64,000 nt of DNA, from the NCBI RefSeq assembly GCF_009834535.1, contig NC_045696.1, positions 109,370,001 through 109,434,000 of the forward strand, written 5' to 3'. This DNA is from Camelus ferus. Lineage: Eukaryota. A program made the translations under genes and the position numbers. How positions within the stretch are numbered: position 1 is the stretch's first letter; each line of letters opens with the position of its first letter. Below the pieces are notes generated by a model. The model saw only the letters and a list, made by a program, of their open reading frames with translations. It ran no database searches and had not been told where the DNA came from. This document shows positions 24,585 to 38,731 of this stretch, piece after piece.

Positions 24585-25950
24585 TATATTTATTGATTGT
24601 CTACTGTATGTCTGCCTCTCAAGATACGAGGGAACAAGACAGATGATGTTCCTCCCTTTCTAGGCCTTACATTCTAGTTAAAAGAGGCAGATAAAGAATG
24701 TAAGTAAGATTTTGGTAAGTGCTATTTTAAACAAATATAGATGGTATCACAGAAAATAACTTTGGATGTAATATTTAGTCAGGCTTCTTTGAGCAGGTGG
24801 CATTTGAGCTGAGATCTGAATGACACAAAGCCAGCTAAGAGAAGATCCAGGCAAGAGAGACATGATTGCAGAAGCTGTAAAGCAGGAACAAGCTGGCCTC
24901 CCTTCCTGTCCATCCTCCAGCCGCTGCTGCTGGAACAAGGGAACAGAAGCCATTGTGGCTGGAATGTAGTCAGAGAAGAGTCTGAGAGACACAGAAACAG
25001 ACGGGGGCATTGTAGGCCATGGGGCACATTTACATTTATTCTAGACACAATGGAATTTCATTCGAGGATTTGGATTTTTTAAATAAGGGGGTAACATGAT
25101 CTAATTTGTCATTTTAAAGAGATCAGATTGTAGGGAGGCGAGAGTGGAAGTAATGAGACTATAAGAAACTATTGCATAGTTTAAGGAAGGAAAAATAGTG
25201 GTTTTGGACCAATTCAGGTAGTACAAGAGATTGGAAGGGGCAGATTGGATCTGGATCCATTGGATGTGGGGTTGGGGGTGGGTGGAGAAGGAAAGAGAGT
25301 GATCAGGAGTGACTAGTTGATTTGGAGCTTGAACATCTGGCTGTGTAGCCACACTGTATACAGAGATGGAAAATCTCTAGGAGGAACAGAAGTTTGCTTT
25401 GGCAGCGGAAATCAGTAATTTGTTGTAAGCCATGTTTGAGACGCCAATTGGTCAGCCTCTAAGTGGGGATTTTGAGTAGATAGATGAGAATCTGCAGCTC
25501 AGGGAAGTGGTCTCATTGAACATGTGAGTGTTGGAGTATAACATATAAACCATATTTAAAGCCACAGTATTGGGTGAACTTGCTTCAGGAGAGAGTATAG
25601 ATGGAAAAGAGGTCCTGGGCTTGAGTCCTGAGCACTCCAGCTTTTAATGGTCTAGTGAAGGAAGAAGAAATAACAACAACAGCAGAAGACTGAGAGGAAG
25701 ACACAGTGTTTGGAAAAAGCAACAACAAAAAAGGAAAATGAGGTGTCATGGAAGCCCAGGGAAGAAAGTATTTCAAAGTGGAGGAAGAATCCTGTGTGGG
25801 ACTTGGCTAATTAAGAAGCCGCAGGGACTGGAGCACGTTGCAGTGCAGATACTGGGTGGGGAAGTGGAGACCCTGCTGCAGTCAGGGCTGTTGAACGTTT
25901 TGCTGTGAAGGGAAACGGAGCAGTAACTCGGGGAGGGGAAAGAAGTATTG
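24585..25950 (-). mobile_element. L2 LINE
   Basis: L2 3' end (tatttattgattgtctactgtatg...ccttacattctagt) and internal motifs (catttgagctgagatctgaatga; gtgtcatggaagcccagggaagaaagt). Confidence 0.8.
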
Positions 25951-27619
25951 GGGGAGGGGGAACAGGCGGCACAGGGCATGTGTGTTTTCCTGGTGGAAAT
26001 ACGGTACCAGGAAGTGTTTCACTGGTGATAGGAATGATTGAGCAGAGGGAGAAAAATCCCCTTTGGGTGTGGAACAATCTTAGTTCTTGTCATTTGGTCT
26101 ACAAGCATGGAAGCTGCTCTGCAGTCTCTCTTGTTGTGGTAAACGTTATTTCTTTTATATTGGAAGAAAATGTGAGGGTAAAGGGAGGTGATGCATGGAA
26201 CTTTACACATTCCCATTATATGAAAACCTGCCTCTGTTGAGTTCACTTCCTGAGGACTTCAGACCCGCCACGGCCTCGCTCATCATCATCTTTTGCCCCA
26301 TTGCCCTGCAGTTTCCTTGGTCCTTACCCCACCTACCCAGCCTCTGTAATACTTCCTAAAACTGAGTTGCCCAGGAGGCTCCCCCAGCACCTCACCCTGC
26401 TCCTCCAGTCTCCATAGTTGCTTTTCAGCCTCGTTCCCTGGGTTTGCACTCTTCACAACTGCTGAGATGGTGGCTTATTTTTACCACTTGGCTGTGTGCA
26501 TCCCTTGAGGATAGGAACTTGTGTTTCGCTCAGATCTAAATCTTATTTGCTGAATTAGTGCTGACACATGATAGGGTTGAATATTTAATGAATTGGTAAG
26601 TAAAAATACATAAATTTGCACATGAGAGCAATTAGGCTTTTTAAAAAATGCCAATTCCATAAAGCATTATCTCCTATTTAAAATACTGAGATATTTATGT
26701 TCAAATTTGAAGAGTTGAAGTTTTATGCAATGTGTTACCAATAAGCATGAAATAAAAAGACAGATTGGTAGATAAGACCATATTCCACCCCATCCCACTG
26801 GCTTAAGCACCCCCCATCCACACCTTCCCAGCCACCATTTTAACTCTTTGATCGTAGGAACAATTAGCCCAATTGCAAATTCTGTTTCATATTTCTGTAA
26901 AGTCAACTTCAGAGTTATCCATGAAAATAATTACCCCATGTTCATTGACTTGTGTGGCAGACTTTTCCAGGTCCCCCATGCCCTTCACCCCCATACCATA
27001 CAGTTAAAGGAAGTGATATAATTTATGGGGCTAGAAAAGAAAAATGTAAACAGTTGCTTGTTAAGTTAAAATTTCTGTTTCCACATTTATTTTTGTCCTT
27101 AATATTTCAGAATATTACTGAACTTCATTCTCTGGGATACATGAACATCCTGCATAAAAGTACGTACATTTTCTGTATGAATAGACTGGAAGTGGGCCTT
27201 TGTCAGGGTTAAGGTTAATCAGGCCTAGAGGGCTTAACCCTAAAGGAATAATTGTTAAAAACTCATTAAAAAAAAAAAAAGAAGAAATAGGAATTGATGA
27301 TACTTGAAATTATTCCTCTTTGAGCAAATAATATCATGCCATTTGCTCATAATTGATATGTCAGTATTTTAAACTAAAGCATTTTTTAGTGATTTGTTTT
27401 TAGAGAGGTGTAAGAGCTCCCTTGGGAATATACAAAAATTGGGGAAAACATACATAGTTTGACAATAAAGTAATTACTTACCCTTTAAAAAAGAAATTAA
27501 GGCTGACTCCGTGGTGTCTTATACTACGTTTGTAATCAACTTTTTTGCATCTTTCTGAGTCTTTTTCCGTTTGCCTTCTTGGCTCCAAGAATGAGCACAG
27601 GCTGATATTAGATAGGCGT

Positions 27620-28525
27620 GTGCCATTAGGCATTGCATTTGGCTGCAAGTTACAGAAATACAGCTATAATCACTTAACGAGACACAGTTTTATTTTTCTC
27701 CCATAACAAATCCAGAGAGAGACAAATCAGGGCTGGTGCAGTGATCCCAGGACACCATCCGTTACCCATGACCTCCATTTTTGCTGCTCTCTCGTCTCTA
27801 ACATACTTTTGTTCTGAGACCCCACCAAGGCCTAGATTTTTACAAGATAGGAAGATGAGAGAAGGATGAAAGGCAAAAGGCATGAGTTTGCTGGCTTTTT
27901 GTTTGTTTTTTTAATGAGGAAACAACTTTTCCACAGTATACTTCCACCAGCATCTGACTGGCCAGAAATACAGCACGTGGGTACCTCTGCAGTCAGGCAT
28001 CTTGGGAGATGAGGTTTGTTGGATTTCTTTCAACAGCTTTGTTCACACATCACCCATTCAAACTTTACAGCTCAGTGATTTTCAAATTCATCGGGTTGTT
28101 CAGCCATCACCACAACTGAATTCATTTTTACTATCATCACAAAAAGAAGCCTTGTACCCATTAGGAGCCATTCCTAATCCCATTGCCACCCCTGCTCTAG
28201 GCAGCCACAAGCCTACTTTCTGTTTCTCTAGATTTGCCTATCCTGGGACTTTCATACAAGTGGAATCATACAGTGCGTGGCCTTCAGCTTCTTTCCCCTA
28301 GCGTCACATTGTTGAGGTTCATCTGTGTTGTAGCATGTATCAGTACTTTATTCCTTTTAATTGCCCAGTTTTCCACTGTAATGGATACATACTGTTCATT
28401 CACCAGTGTATACACATTCGAGGAAACTTTTTAGTTGAGCACATTCTTACCTTGGATAAAATTGGGCTTCCATTGGTAAGAAAGTAGGGATGGCCATTGG
28501 TGGGCAACTAGCAATGTCTGCCCCA
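27620..28525 (-). mobile_element. Old MaLR LTR (MLT1J/K-like) interrupted by an L1MB-like 3' fragment (about 28030-28410)
   Basis: gcatttggctgcaagttacagaaa...tggccagaa; resumes ataaaattgggctt...tgggcaactagcaatgtctgcc; the inner piece has the L1 3'UTR motif caagtggaatcatacagt. Confidence 0.6.
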
Positions 28526-30299
28526 TGCAGAAATGGGGTAAGGGAGTGGCATCTGGCCTCCTTTCATAGTGTATTTAATGCTCCAGAGTTTTGTCAGTTA
28601 TGAGAGGAAGCACAGCGATTGTGACATCTTAGCAAATACAGGGAGTGCCGTCAGCTTGCTGCTAGGTGGGTGAGTGCTGCCGTTCCTGGAGGAGAAGGCC
28701 TGGCAGGGGTTACTACCTAACACGTTAGCCTCTTAGTCTATGTCCGGAAATCCTTACTATTCCATCGGGATTGCTGTTCCTTTGGCCTCTGGCCTTACTA
28801 TTTTCCGCTGGTCCATAATTCTGCCACCACTTTATAGATCTGGCCTTGCAAGGGTATTTATGTTCTCAGTGTTTGCCCTTGGTATCTGCCATCAGATGCC
28901 TTTCCTCTGGCTTCATGGTCTGACTACCTAGGACCTCTGGAAGTAAGCTGGAGATTGGCTGGCTGTCTCCATAAAAATTCTTACTTAAAGAGCTTAAACA
29001 TTTATTTATTCCTTTAATGAAATATCACATGAATTTATTGGGTTATATTTTTTGTGCCTTTATTAAGACTATTTGTATTCATATAAGGCTTGTTAATTTT
29101 GGGATTGAAACTGTTTGGTCACAGTACTACTTAATGTACATCTAAAAAAACACCTTCCAGGCTGTCTGTACAACCCAGAGAACAGGACGTTCTGGAGACC
29201 CTGGTGGTCTTGAGGAGGACTTGGTCACAGCCCCAGAAAAGCACCAGAGTTCATACTGTGAATGAAGTTCTTCTAACTCGTACCCTGCTCAGGCCAGAAT
29301 GGGCTTGACACGGCCGTAATCTCTCTGTCAGGAAGCGCAGTGTCTTGATAAACCTGTGTTTAAGTTCTGTGTTGGAGTCTCTAGGCAGCAGCCCTCTGGC
29401 CTATGTTCTCTGTTTCCCCCTAGGAAGACCCACAGATGACCTAGCTGAGAGGAGGGCAGCTGTATTTGACCTAACAGGCGTTCTTGGTCAGCCAAGCAGA
29501 CTCTTGTCTCGTGGTAAGTACTCTCTAGAGTCCATCCTGACTCTTCTGGGAAGGCAGGAAGAGGAAGAGACAGGAGGCTGCAGCCAGGTTGCTGGGCTTT
29601 GTGGAAACCTGGGGCTGGCTCTGCCCTCAGGGCCTTCCCCTGCCGCCACCGTCCTTGCTGGCCACTTTGGACGTCTTCTGGCTCTTTCGCGTCCCTTTGT
29701 TGCCAGCCTCACCGACTGGCTTATGTATCATATGTCCCTCTTAAAGGAGCCTCCTTCCCCTTCCATGGGATACAATATTTCCAGTGCACTTAAATAATAG
29801 AATAAGATTTAAAAGTAGATATAAAGATTGCTTCCCCCCCCCCATAACTTCCTTAGCATAGCGTCATATTTTAGAGCAGAAAGAAGGGTAACCTAACTTT
29901 TATTTTAGGAAACTAAATTCAGTATCACTTCCCAGACACAAGATACAAAATAGGCTCTTTCTCATGTTGGTGCCTTTTAGAGAGGTGGGTGTTTTTTTCC
30001 AGGAAGAGGAATTAATTTATTGGAGTAATCACTAATACTCCAAAATTAGGCATTTTAATATACATTTGTCAAGTTAGTGAATGTGTATTTTACTCTTTTT
30101 AGATCTGTGGGCAGTTTGGTATTATTGGAACATAGTGTTTAAGGCAGAGAGTGGCATGAGAGAAAATTCTGGGGGTAAATGGTAAATGTGTTGTGAAGGG
30201 CCCAGCATACTGAGAGGTTTAGACTTTGGTAGGTGCTGGAGATTCAGTGAGGGCCTCCGTCAGGTAGCGATGTGGCCGCATTTGTGTTAGTAGTGTTAG

Positions 30300-30495
30300 T
30301 AGCAAGTGGCCATTGCTCACTGTATACCAGGCATTGAGCTAGTCGCTTTACATGCGTTATCTTATGAACCCTCATGGTCCTGTTAAGCAGTATTGTCATC
30401 CCCATTTTGCAGATGAGGAAAGGAAGACTGAGATGGGTTGCACAGGTAGTACATAGTGGAGCTGTGAATTTACTCCAGGGAGTCCGATCAGAGCA
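30300..30495 (-). mobile_element. MIR SINE
   Basis: ccaggcattgagctagtcgctttacatg...ccccattttgcagatgaggaaa. Confidence 0.75.
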
Positions 30496-30789
30496 CAGAG
30501 ACAAGGACCCCAGTGCCATTGGGGTAAGAGGAGAGGCTTGCTCGGGTGTGTGGGACATGGTGGGAGACCCTCCTTGGTGGCCTCAACATTTGTAGTGCCC
30601 TAAGAGACAGGATTGTGGTTTGAGAGTTAGACATTGGACAGGGTCCTGATAAACATGAGAGTTTGCGCTTTTTCGAGAGGAAATTTGCAAGTGAGCTGAT
30701 CAGGACCAAGTGAAGGTGGAACTCAGCTGAGGCGGAGACGAGGAATGCATGGTGGGACTGTTCTCATCGGTTACGGCATTTTTCTCCAC

Positions 30790-31245
30790 AGATTTGACTG
30801 CAGTAAAATCTGCTGTAACAAGGAGTGGATTAAATCATATGAATATTTCTCTCACATTATAGTCCAAAGGGAAGAGGGTGGCACTGGCCGGTAGAGTGGC
30901 TCCTTTTCCAGAACCTCTCAGGGTCCTCGGTCCCTTCTGTCCTGTTCCACCGTTCTGTAGGCTGTGCTGGTGGGGTTGCGTGGCCACAGCTGGGCCTCTG
31001 CCACATCAGTGTTCCAGCTCCTGGAAGCGGTGAGAGCAGAAGTGGAAAGCAAGTAATTTCCTTTTAGGTCAAGGAGAAAGGAGTTGTACACATCACTTCT
31101 GCTCACATTCCGTTGGTGGGAACTTGGCATCTGGCTGCACAGAAGTCTGGGAAATGGGTCTAGCTGGCAGCCATGTCCCCAGCTAAAACTCTGTATTATA
31201 GAAGAAGAAAACAGTTTAGGGGAGCCAGCCAGGAGTCCGCCACAG
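30790..31245 (-). mobile_element. Old MaLR LTR (MLT1J/K-like)
   Basis: cacatcacttctgctcacattccgttgg...ctgggaaatgggtctagct...gccaca. Confidence 0.6.
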
Positions 31246-31864
31246 AAGGGAAGACTGAATGTGGGGCTGATGGAGTCTGGATAGGTGTGAGGGTAGCAGT
31301 GCAAGAAGGTTTAGGGTACTGATGAGATGGAGTTCCAGTGATCAGCTGTGAGCTCCAGCTGGGCAGGGCAGTCAGGGCAGGATGTTGAGGGTCTAGGAGG
31401 TTGCAGGGTAGATGTAGGCTAAGGGAGTCAGTGGTTGGAATAGGACTTAGTGGTTTGTGGGGGGAGTGGGATCAGCACTGGGTTTAGAAGTGGCTTAGTC
31501 TGGGAGATGACAAGACCTACGCTGAAGCCATGGGTTTGAGAGGGCGACGTGGTGAGATGGAGGTCCCCGGGGCAGATCTGATTCCCCTGCACAGTGGCCA
31601 GACTTCCCATCTTAGCACACCATACCTCCACCACCTGGCCCCTGCTCTCTCCCTCACACACACCTTCTCCCCTCCCTGGCTCTCTACTCACCAGACTAAA
31701 CCAGTTGTCTTACACACGTCCCTTTTGTGCCTCCACTTGTACTCTCTGCCCTTCCTGCCCCACTTCCCGGCAGTCTAGGTGGCCCCTCACCTGCAAAACT
31801 ACCGCACGTGTCGTCTCTTCCAAGAGACGGTCCTTTTAAACATCTAATTTAACTTTTGAAATCT

Positions 31865-31936
31865 TTTTTCAGCTTTTTTGAAGTGTAGTTGACAAAAATT
31901 ATATATATTTAAGGTGTACATGATGGTTTTGTGTGT

Positions 31937-31972
<36 letters not shown>

Positions 31973-32900
31973 TGTGAAATGATCACCACAGTCAAGCTAA
32001 GTAGCATTCATTAACTCACATAGTTAACCATTTTTTTCATCCCTCCCCATCCTCCTCCCCTCTGGCAACTACCTGTTTGTTCTCTGTATCCATAGGCTCT
32101 TTCTGTTTTATTTTGTTTTGTTCTTTAGATTCCATATATAAGTGAAGTCATATGGTATTTATCTTTCTCTGACTTATTTCACTTAGTATAATCCATGTTG
32201 TTGCCAATAGCAAGATTTCATTCTTTTTTATGGCTGAGTGGTATTCCTCTGTGAGTGTGTGTGTAAACACCACATCTTTATTCATCTGTGGATGGACGTT
32301 TCTGTTGCTTCCGTATCCTCGCTCTTGTTAATAATGCTGCAGTGAACATAGGGATGCATACGTGTTTCCAAATTGGTGTTTCCGTTTTCTTCAGGGAAAT
32401 GCTCAGAAGTGGAATAGCTGGATCATATGCTAGTTCTAGCTTTAATTTTTTGAGGAACCTTCATACTCTTTTCCATGGTGGCTGCACCAATTTACATTCC
32501 CACCAACAGTGCATGTGGGTTCCCTTTTCTCCACATCCTCGTCCACACTTGTTCTGAAAATAGCCATTCTGACAGGTGTGAGGTGATGTCACACTGTGGT
32601 TCTGAATTGCATTTCCCTGGTCATTAGTGATGTTGAGCATCTTTTCATGTCTTTGCTGGCCACCTGTACGTCTTTGGAAAAATATCTGTTCAGGTCCTCT
32701 GCCCGTTTTGTAATTGGGCTGTTTGTCTTCTTTCAGTTGAGTTGTATGAGCTCTTTATGTGTTTTAGATACTGGCCCCTTATCAGATAAATGGTTTGCAA
32801 ATATCCACTCCCATTCATAGACTGCCTTTTCGTTTCCTTTGCTATGCAAAAGCTTCTTAGTTTGGTGTAGTCCCACCTGTTTATTTTTGCATTTATCTGC
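31865..32900 (-). mobile_element. 5'-truncated L1 (L1MA-like), ORF2 C-terminus + 3'UTR
   Basis: tagattccatatataagtga, ggctgcaccaatttacattcccaccaacagt, tagtgatgttgagcatcttttcatgt. Confidence 0.9.
31939..31971 (+). repeat. (AC)16 microsatellite within the L1 tail
   Basis: Direct reading. Confidence 0.95.
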
Positions 32901-35900
32901 TTAAGAGGCTTGCTGAAGAGGCTGTCCTCGATCTGCAGCCTTTTAAAGTGTCCTCTTGGCTTCTGTCTGGGTACCAGCCGGCTTCTGACTCTGCTTGTTT
33001 ATAGTTTGTAACTAAAACTAACATGTGGCCTTTCTAACCTCCCGTGTACTTACTACATTAACTACTACTAACAGGCAGTTTCTTTGCTTATTTTCAAATC
33101 AGATTTCCGAGCCAGACCATCTGATCGGCCCAGCTCATCTCATCTTTTCACAGCAGAGCGTAGCTCACCTGTAGATCATGTTCAGGAGAACAGAACGAGC
33201 GGATCTCAATGCCAGCCCGGCTGCCTCCCGTGCTGGGCCTTGTGGGCACAAGGCGTGGGGAGGAATACATCTCCATCCTTGCCTTTTCTCCCTGCCAGGC
33301 CGTGGGTATAGGAGGGGTTTTTAGGGATACAAGTTGGCTGTTTATCCTCACCACTCAGGAACAGTAAGTTTATACTGTACCAAAGGAATTTGATCAGCTG
33401 GTTGAGGATTTGGTCATTTTTCTGTTTATTCAACTAAAACACTGTTAAGCTCTGCCAGGCAGGCCCTGGGAATAGAGAAGGCTAGAAGTCCATCCTGTTC
33501 TCACAGTCTGGGGGGCGGGGGTAGGACAGTAGAGGGGGTTAGATCGTATAACCAGCCAGTTACAGTGCAGTGTGTGGGGGAGGAAAGGCTCTGAAGCTGT
33601 AGACACCCCCAGGGTTCCAGCCCCAGAGAGCCTTCCTCGAGGGCCTAGTAAAACCTGCGAAGCCTGAACCCTTGGGGAAGGCATCTCCAGCATCTCCAGA
33701 GATGTGGGGTAGTCCCTGGAGGGGCAGTGGCCCTGTTCTAATGGGGAACTGCTCAGGCCACTGCCTGTGGGATAGGAATGCCCTAGGGTCTGTGTGGGAC
33801 CACCCGGACATGCATGACCCTTGTTCATCTGAGTGGCCGTCACTTCTGTCCTTGACTTTGGTTTTCTAATTGGTCCCAATAGTGTGATGATAGCCTCCAT
33901 CTGTGAGCTTCTGCCCACCCCACCGCCCCAACTCCCATCCCTCTAAACCCAGTGGCTCAGACCACTTTGGTCCCAGGGTATGACTGCAGCTTTGCACACA
34001 TCCTGGGGTTGAGAAAACCACTTACGGCATCAGCTGAAATCTGTCTGGCTGCCTTCCTTTCACCCCCACCATCCCCCACTTTCATTAAAATTTTTATTTG
34101 CAAATGTAGTTCTTTCTATCCAAGAATCTGTTTCTTGGAAAACAAATACTCCATTTCCCAGGGGTAAAAACCAAAAATGCCATTTGTGGAAAGCTGCATC
34201 ACATCAGGTCACGGGGGATTTCTCTTCTCAGGATGCTGAGAGGAGTCTGGCCTGGCCTCCAGTCCCCCACTGCCACGGTTGTACCCCGGGCAGGAGCTGG
34301 GAGAAGCTGGGGGGTCAGGCCTGAGGTGGTCCCACAAGGCTGGACTGGACCTCTCACATCCTCCCCAGAGCTGGCTCAGGGACTTTGACCCTGACTCTTT
34401 CAGGGAAGTCCCTGCAGAGGCTGGGCAGGAGAACTGGCCCCTCTTAAGCTCCCGTCCAGTCATCCGAAGGCCCTGCCTACCCTTGCCCCTTCTTGGGAAA
34501 ACAGACATCTGCTGTCTTCACTGAGGTTTCCCAGGCTCGGAGAAAACACTCCAGACTGTCAGGCTCACCTAGTACATGTCGCACTAAGAAGTCTGCTGTT
34601 CAGATGACAACACTGAGTGCCACTTGGTACGCGGGACCAGGCGTAGTTCCTCTCTTTCTCTCACCCCCTTACTCAGTCCACTACTTCTAAAGTGTGTCCC
34701 TGCAACCTCCCCCCGACCCCCTTCTCTTCACTGCATCTCCACTGCTCTGGTCCAGGCCTCCATCATTCCTGCCTGGACAACTACAACTCCTTCCCAGTGA
34801 TGCTGCCCTCCAGCCTCCCCCACTGCAGTCCATTCTGCTCTTAGCTGTCTGAGCCATCCTGTGATGGGGGTCCTCCTGACCAGAGGCCTGGCTGGATCGT
34901 CATGGTGGGCAACTGTGGCGCAGCTTGATTCTCCAGAACAGCTGCGGACCCCCAGGAGCCTGGGCGGGAATGCCAGAAGGGGATTCACAGGAAGCATCCC
35001 TTCCATCTCCTGGAAGCGGTGGGTAAAGCGAGGAAAGCTCAGGAAACAAAGCAAGGCCAAGGCGGCCATACTAGACAAAGGACTTCTTGGGCTGGGGAGT
35101 GTTCAGCCCTCCGAGAGGTCCCTGGGGCTCAGGAGAAAGGAAGGCCGACCCAGCATAACCTCAAGCTCATTCTCTAAGCAGCAGGCCAGGCCAGGGGCCC
35201 TCTCGGAAACTCAGCTGTTCTTTGCTTGACCCGCGTCACTTTGCGCTGAGGTCTGTCCAGTTGGTTGCCCATGGACTGTCTGCACTGTCCTCTCCTTCAT
35301 GCCGGCCCCGCCTGGCCCCATCATCCCCATCTTACCCCTCTCCCTCCTGTTCTGACTCCTCCCTCCCCTTTCGCCCTCCCCTAATTCAGCCCCAGGCATC
35401 GGCTCCCCTTTCTTTCCTGAGAAAGTCCACGTCCTGTTCCTGGGACACCCATCCCCTCTTTCAGAAGAGCTTTCTCACCTCTCCCTCTTGTCATCACTAC
35501 TGTCCCCTCCCGCCCTGGGTCCCCTAGGCAGTTTCCTGCTGGCGGTCTTCATTCCCTATGATTTTCCTGTCTTGGTGGCCTCCTCCCCTGTCATGGCCTC
35601 CCTCCACCCCCCGTTCAGTGTCTCCCCTGCCTGGTACCATCACGCTGCCTGGAAGAGGAGGGCTCAACCACCCCTGGGCCATCTCTTGGCTCACTCAGGT
35701 GTCGGCACCCCTGCCCGGGGACCAGAGTGTCCTTACTCTCTGGGACACCTCCCTCTGCAGGTCCTAAGGCTCCCAAGGCTGCCAGATTCAGTGGCCTTTT
35801 CTCAATCCTCCTCCTCCTGACCCTCCCAGCCACATCACCCTGCATGAAACCCTCTCTTCCCTCACTGCTTCTCTCCTGGACCTTTTCTTCCTCTTACCTT

Positions 35901-37589
35901 CTACATAAGCTTCTGTCTCCCATTCCCCAAACTGGGGGGGAATCCTGCGGTTCTTATCCCAGTCTTCTCTCTCCATCTTGTCCCTCAGTGATTCCGTCCC
36001 TGCTCGGATAACTGCTCTGTGCCCAGCACCCCCACACCTGGTCTCTGGTCCAGGCCTTTTTTAATATCTCCCCCTGGCATCCCCACCTGGATGTCACACA
36101 GCTACCTCAAACCCAACACAGACAACACAAAACTCATCCTCTCCTTTTTCAGTCCTCCATCAGGGTCTCCCAGGGAGCTACCTTCACTCCTTCTGTTGTA
36201 GTTCTTACTGAGTCATCCAGGGGCAGAATTTGGGGTCTCTCTGATATGCCCTCTCCAGCAACCCCATCCTCCTGAGAGTGTCTTATCTGTAGGTCGACGG
36301 GGCAACCTCTCCTGTCCCCTCTGCTCCCTCCCCTAGTCTTTGGCAAAAACATCTTGTTTGGGCCTTTTGCCCCTGTTTTCTTCCCAGTGCCACCCTGGCT
36401 GCCAAAGTTACCTTCTTTTTCCTTTAAAAAAAAAAAATCACTCAAGCATTTATTTCAAGCATTCTGAAAAATTGGTATGATAAATGTTTTCCTGCAAACA
36501 AGTGTGGATGCCTAGCATCATGTGAATGTCAGAGAGGTGTATTTTGGGGTCTGTTACATTGTAAGCTCCCTGAGCAATGAAGGCCCACTCCACCCTCTCC
36601 TCTGCAACTTTTTCTAGCACTCAGGGTTTATTAAATATAATGATTTCTTACAGCGACGAGTAATTTTAATGACCAAATAAAAGTAATCCTCCCACTTCCC
36701 ACTGAGAAATGCACACATATGGAATTCATTATTCTAAGAAAAAAATCTATTCAGTGTATTCAAAAGCCTTGGAGAAAGGTATGCCAGAGACAAAGTTGGT
36801 TTCCAAGACACACACTCCTGAAAGAAACAGAGAGAAAGCTATTGACTTGCAGGGTGAGATGGCCACGTGCAGGGAGTTTTTACATGAGACTTCCCCTCAT
36901 CTGTGTCCACATGACATTGCATAGCACTGGCTTCTATGTTCCTGCATTCACTCAGCCTATATTTAAGCAAGTACATGATCCAGCTAGCGTCCCTGGAGTT
37001 GCTTTTCTAGTAGTGGTAACAACTTCGGCCCAGTGGCCCCAACCTCTGGACCCAGACCTGAGACCACAAGGCGCCTTCTGGGCTTGGGCCGCGGCCTGTG
37101 GCTGTGAGCCACTAAGGAAATGACCCATGACCCAGACATCATCGGCTCCCTGCTCTAATTCACTAGCATAAACATCACTTTGAATGTCATTCTAAAGAGT
37201 TGACACTGTTGGCTGACCGACCATGGAAGGGAGGCACCAGCAACTGCCATGGTGATTTTGTGACAAATGGCCCTTCCTTCACTCCTTGCTCCAGGAATTA
37301 GGTTCCTTGATTTATTTTTTTATTTTAAAAAATGTTATGCAGTGAAATTAGAAAGTGCACAGTACCTTTGTTACAAATATACTTTCTCATCTAGGCACAG
37401 GATACCAGGAAGCGGCCTTGAAATTGTTTTTGAGTATCTAAGGAAAGTACATTTTTGTGCAAGTGTACTCACTACAGTAAGCATTTGATTATCTTCCTGT
37501 TGTCTGGGAGAAAATGCCAAATGGTGGCTCAAAGACCAGAGTATATTGTTGGATTAATTAATCCCTAACAATAAGAGAGAAAAAATATT

Positions 37590-38050
37590 TTTGAAGGCAA
37601 ATGTTGCCTTTTTCTATTCTATCTTCCACATCTCTTAACCTCTGTTTAATATTTTTCCTCATTTTAACTTTCTGTACTGCATTCTGGGTAACTTTTTGTA
37701 ACCTACCTTCTGATTCACCAATTCTGTTTTTTAGTTGTGGTTCCTCTGCTGTTGAATGGATTTGGGTTTTAGAGTTCAGTGTCTGTATTTTTCATTTCTA
37801 AAAGCTCTCTCTTCTCATTTATATATATAACAACCTAAGTAGCTGCTTATGTGTTTCATTACATCTTTCCTTTCTTTAATCATTGTACACATTCCTTTTT
37901 AATAATCTGGGTCTATTGATTCCATTTCTCAAAGTTCTCAGAAGTTTCAAGCTGTTCATGCCTTTGCTGACTTTGATTCGTGGTGGCTTCTTTGCTCATG
38001 TGGTCCATACATTTGGATTGCGACCTCATTTCTGCGTGGCCTACTTTCTC
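37590..38050 (-). mobile_element. Ancient L1ME/HAL1-like fragment
   Basis: ctgcattctgggtaa...attcaccaattctg...tatttttcatttctaaaagctct. Confidence 0.5.
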
Positions 38051-38550
38051 AAAATCTCATGAAACAGTAAGACATGAATAAGAAATAATTTGGGGGAGGT
38101 GTTCCGGGATGATGACAAAACTGTTATTTTTTTTCCAGATGATTTCATGGTCGAGCTAGCAAATGCAGGCAACTCAGCTGACAAATAGAAATAATAAAAC
38201 TATTAGACAAACTATTAAAACTAATAAAAAAGCAAAACCAACCGAAAAACAAAAAGAGACCGAGTAGAGAATAACTTACTAAAACCACTAGCATTCCAAG
38301 AAGCCAATAATAACCAATCAAACCAACCAAAAAAGGACTTTATAAAAATAGTTTTAAAAACAACCATATAGTATATTTGGGAATAAACTTGTCAAAAAAT
38401 GTGCAAGAAATATGAAAACCTATCAAGCATTATTGAAGTTATTGAATTTACTAAAAAGCAACCCTGAATAAATGGAGATGTCAAACATGTTCCTGGATAC
38501 AGGGATGCAAAATGTTTATAAGTCAGTTCTTTTCAAATTAATAGGTTCAA

Positions 38551-38569
38551 TATATTTATAAATATATAT

Positions 38570-38656
<87 letters not shown>

Positions 38657-38664
38657 GTATATAA
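38551..38664 (+). repeat. Compound (TA)n/(TG)n microsatellite
   Basis: Direct reading; two TG blocks separated by TA-rich spacers. Confidence 0.95.
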
Positions 38665-38731
38665 AATAGGTTCAACATGGTTTGTTTTTTTAACGTGGTT
38701 ATAAATAGTTCACTTTTAAAACAAACTTGGT

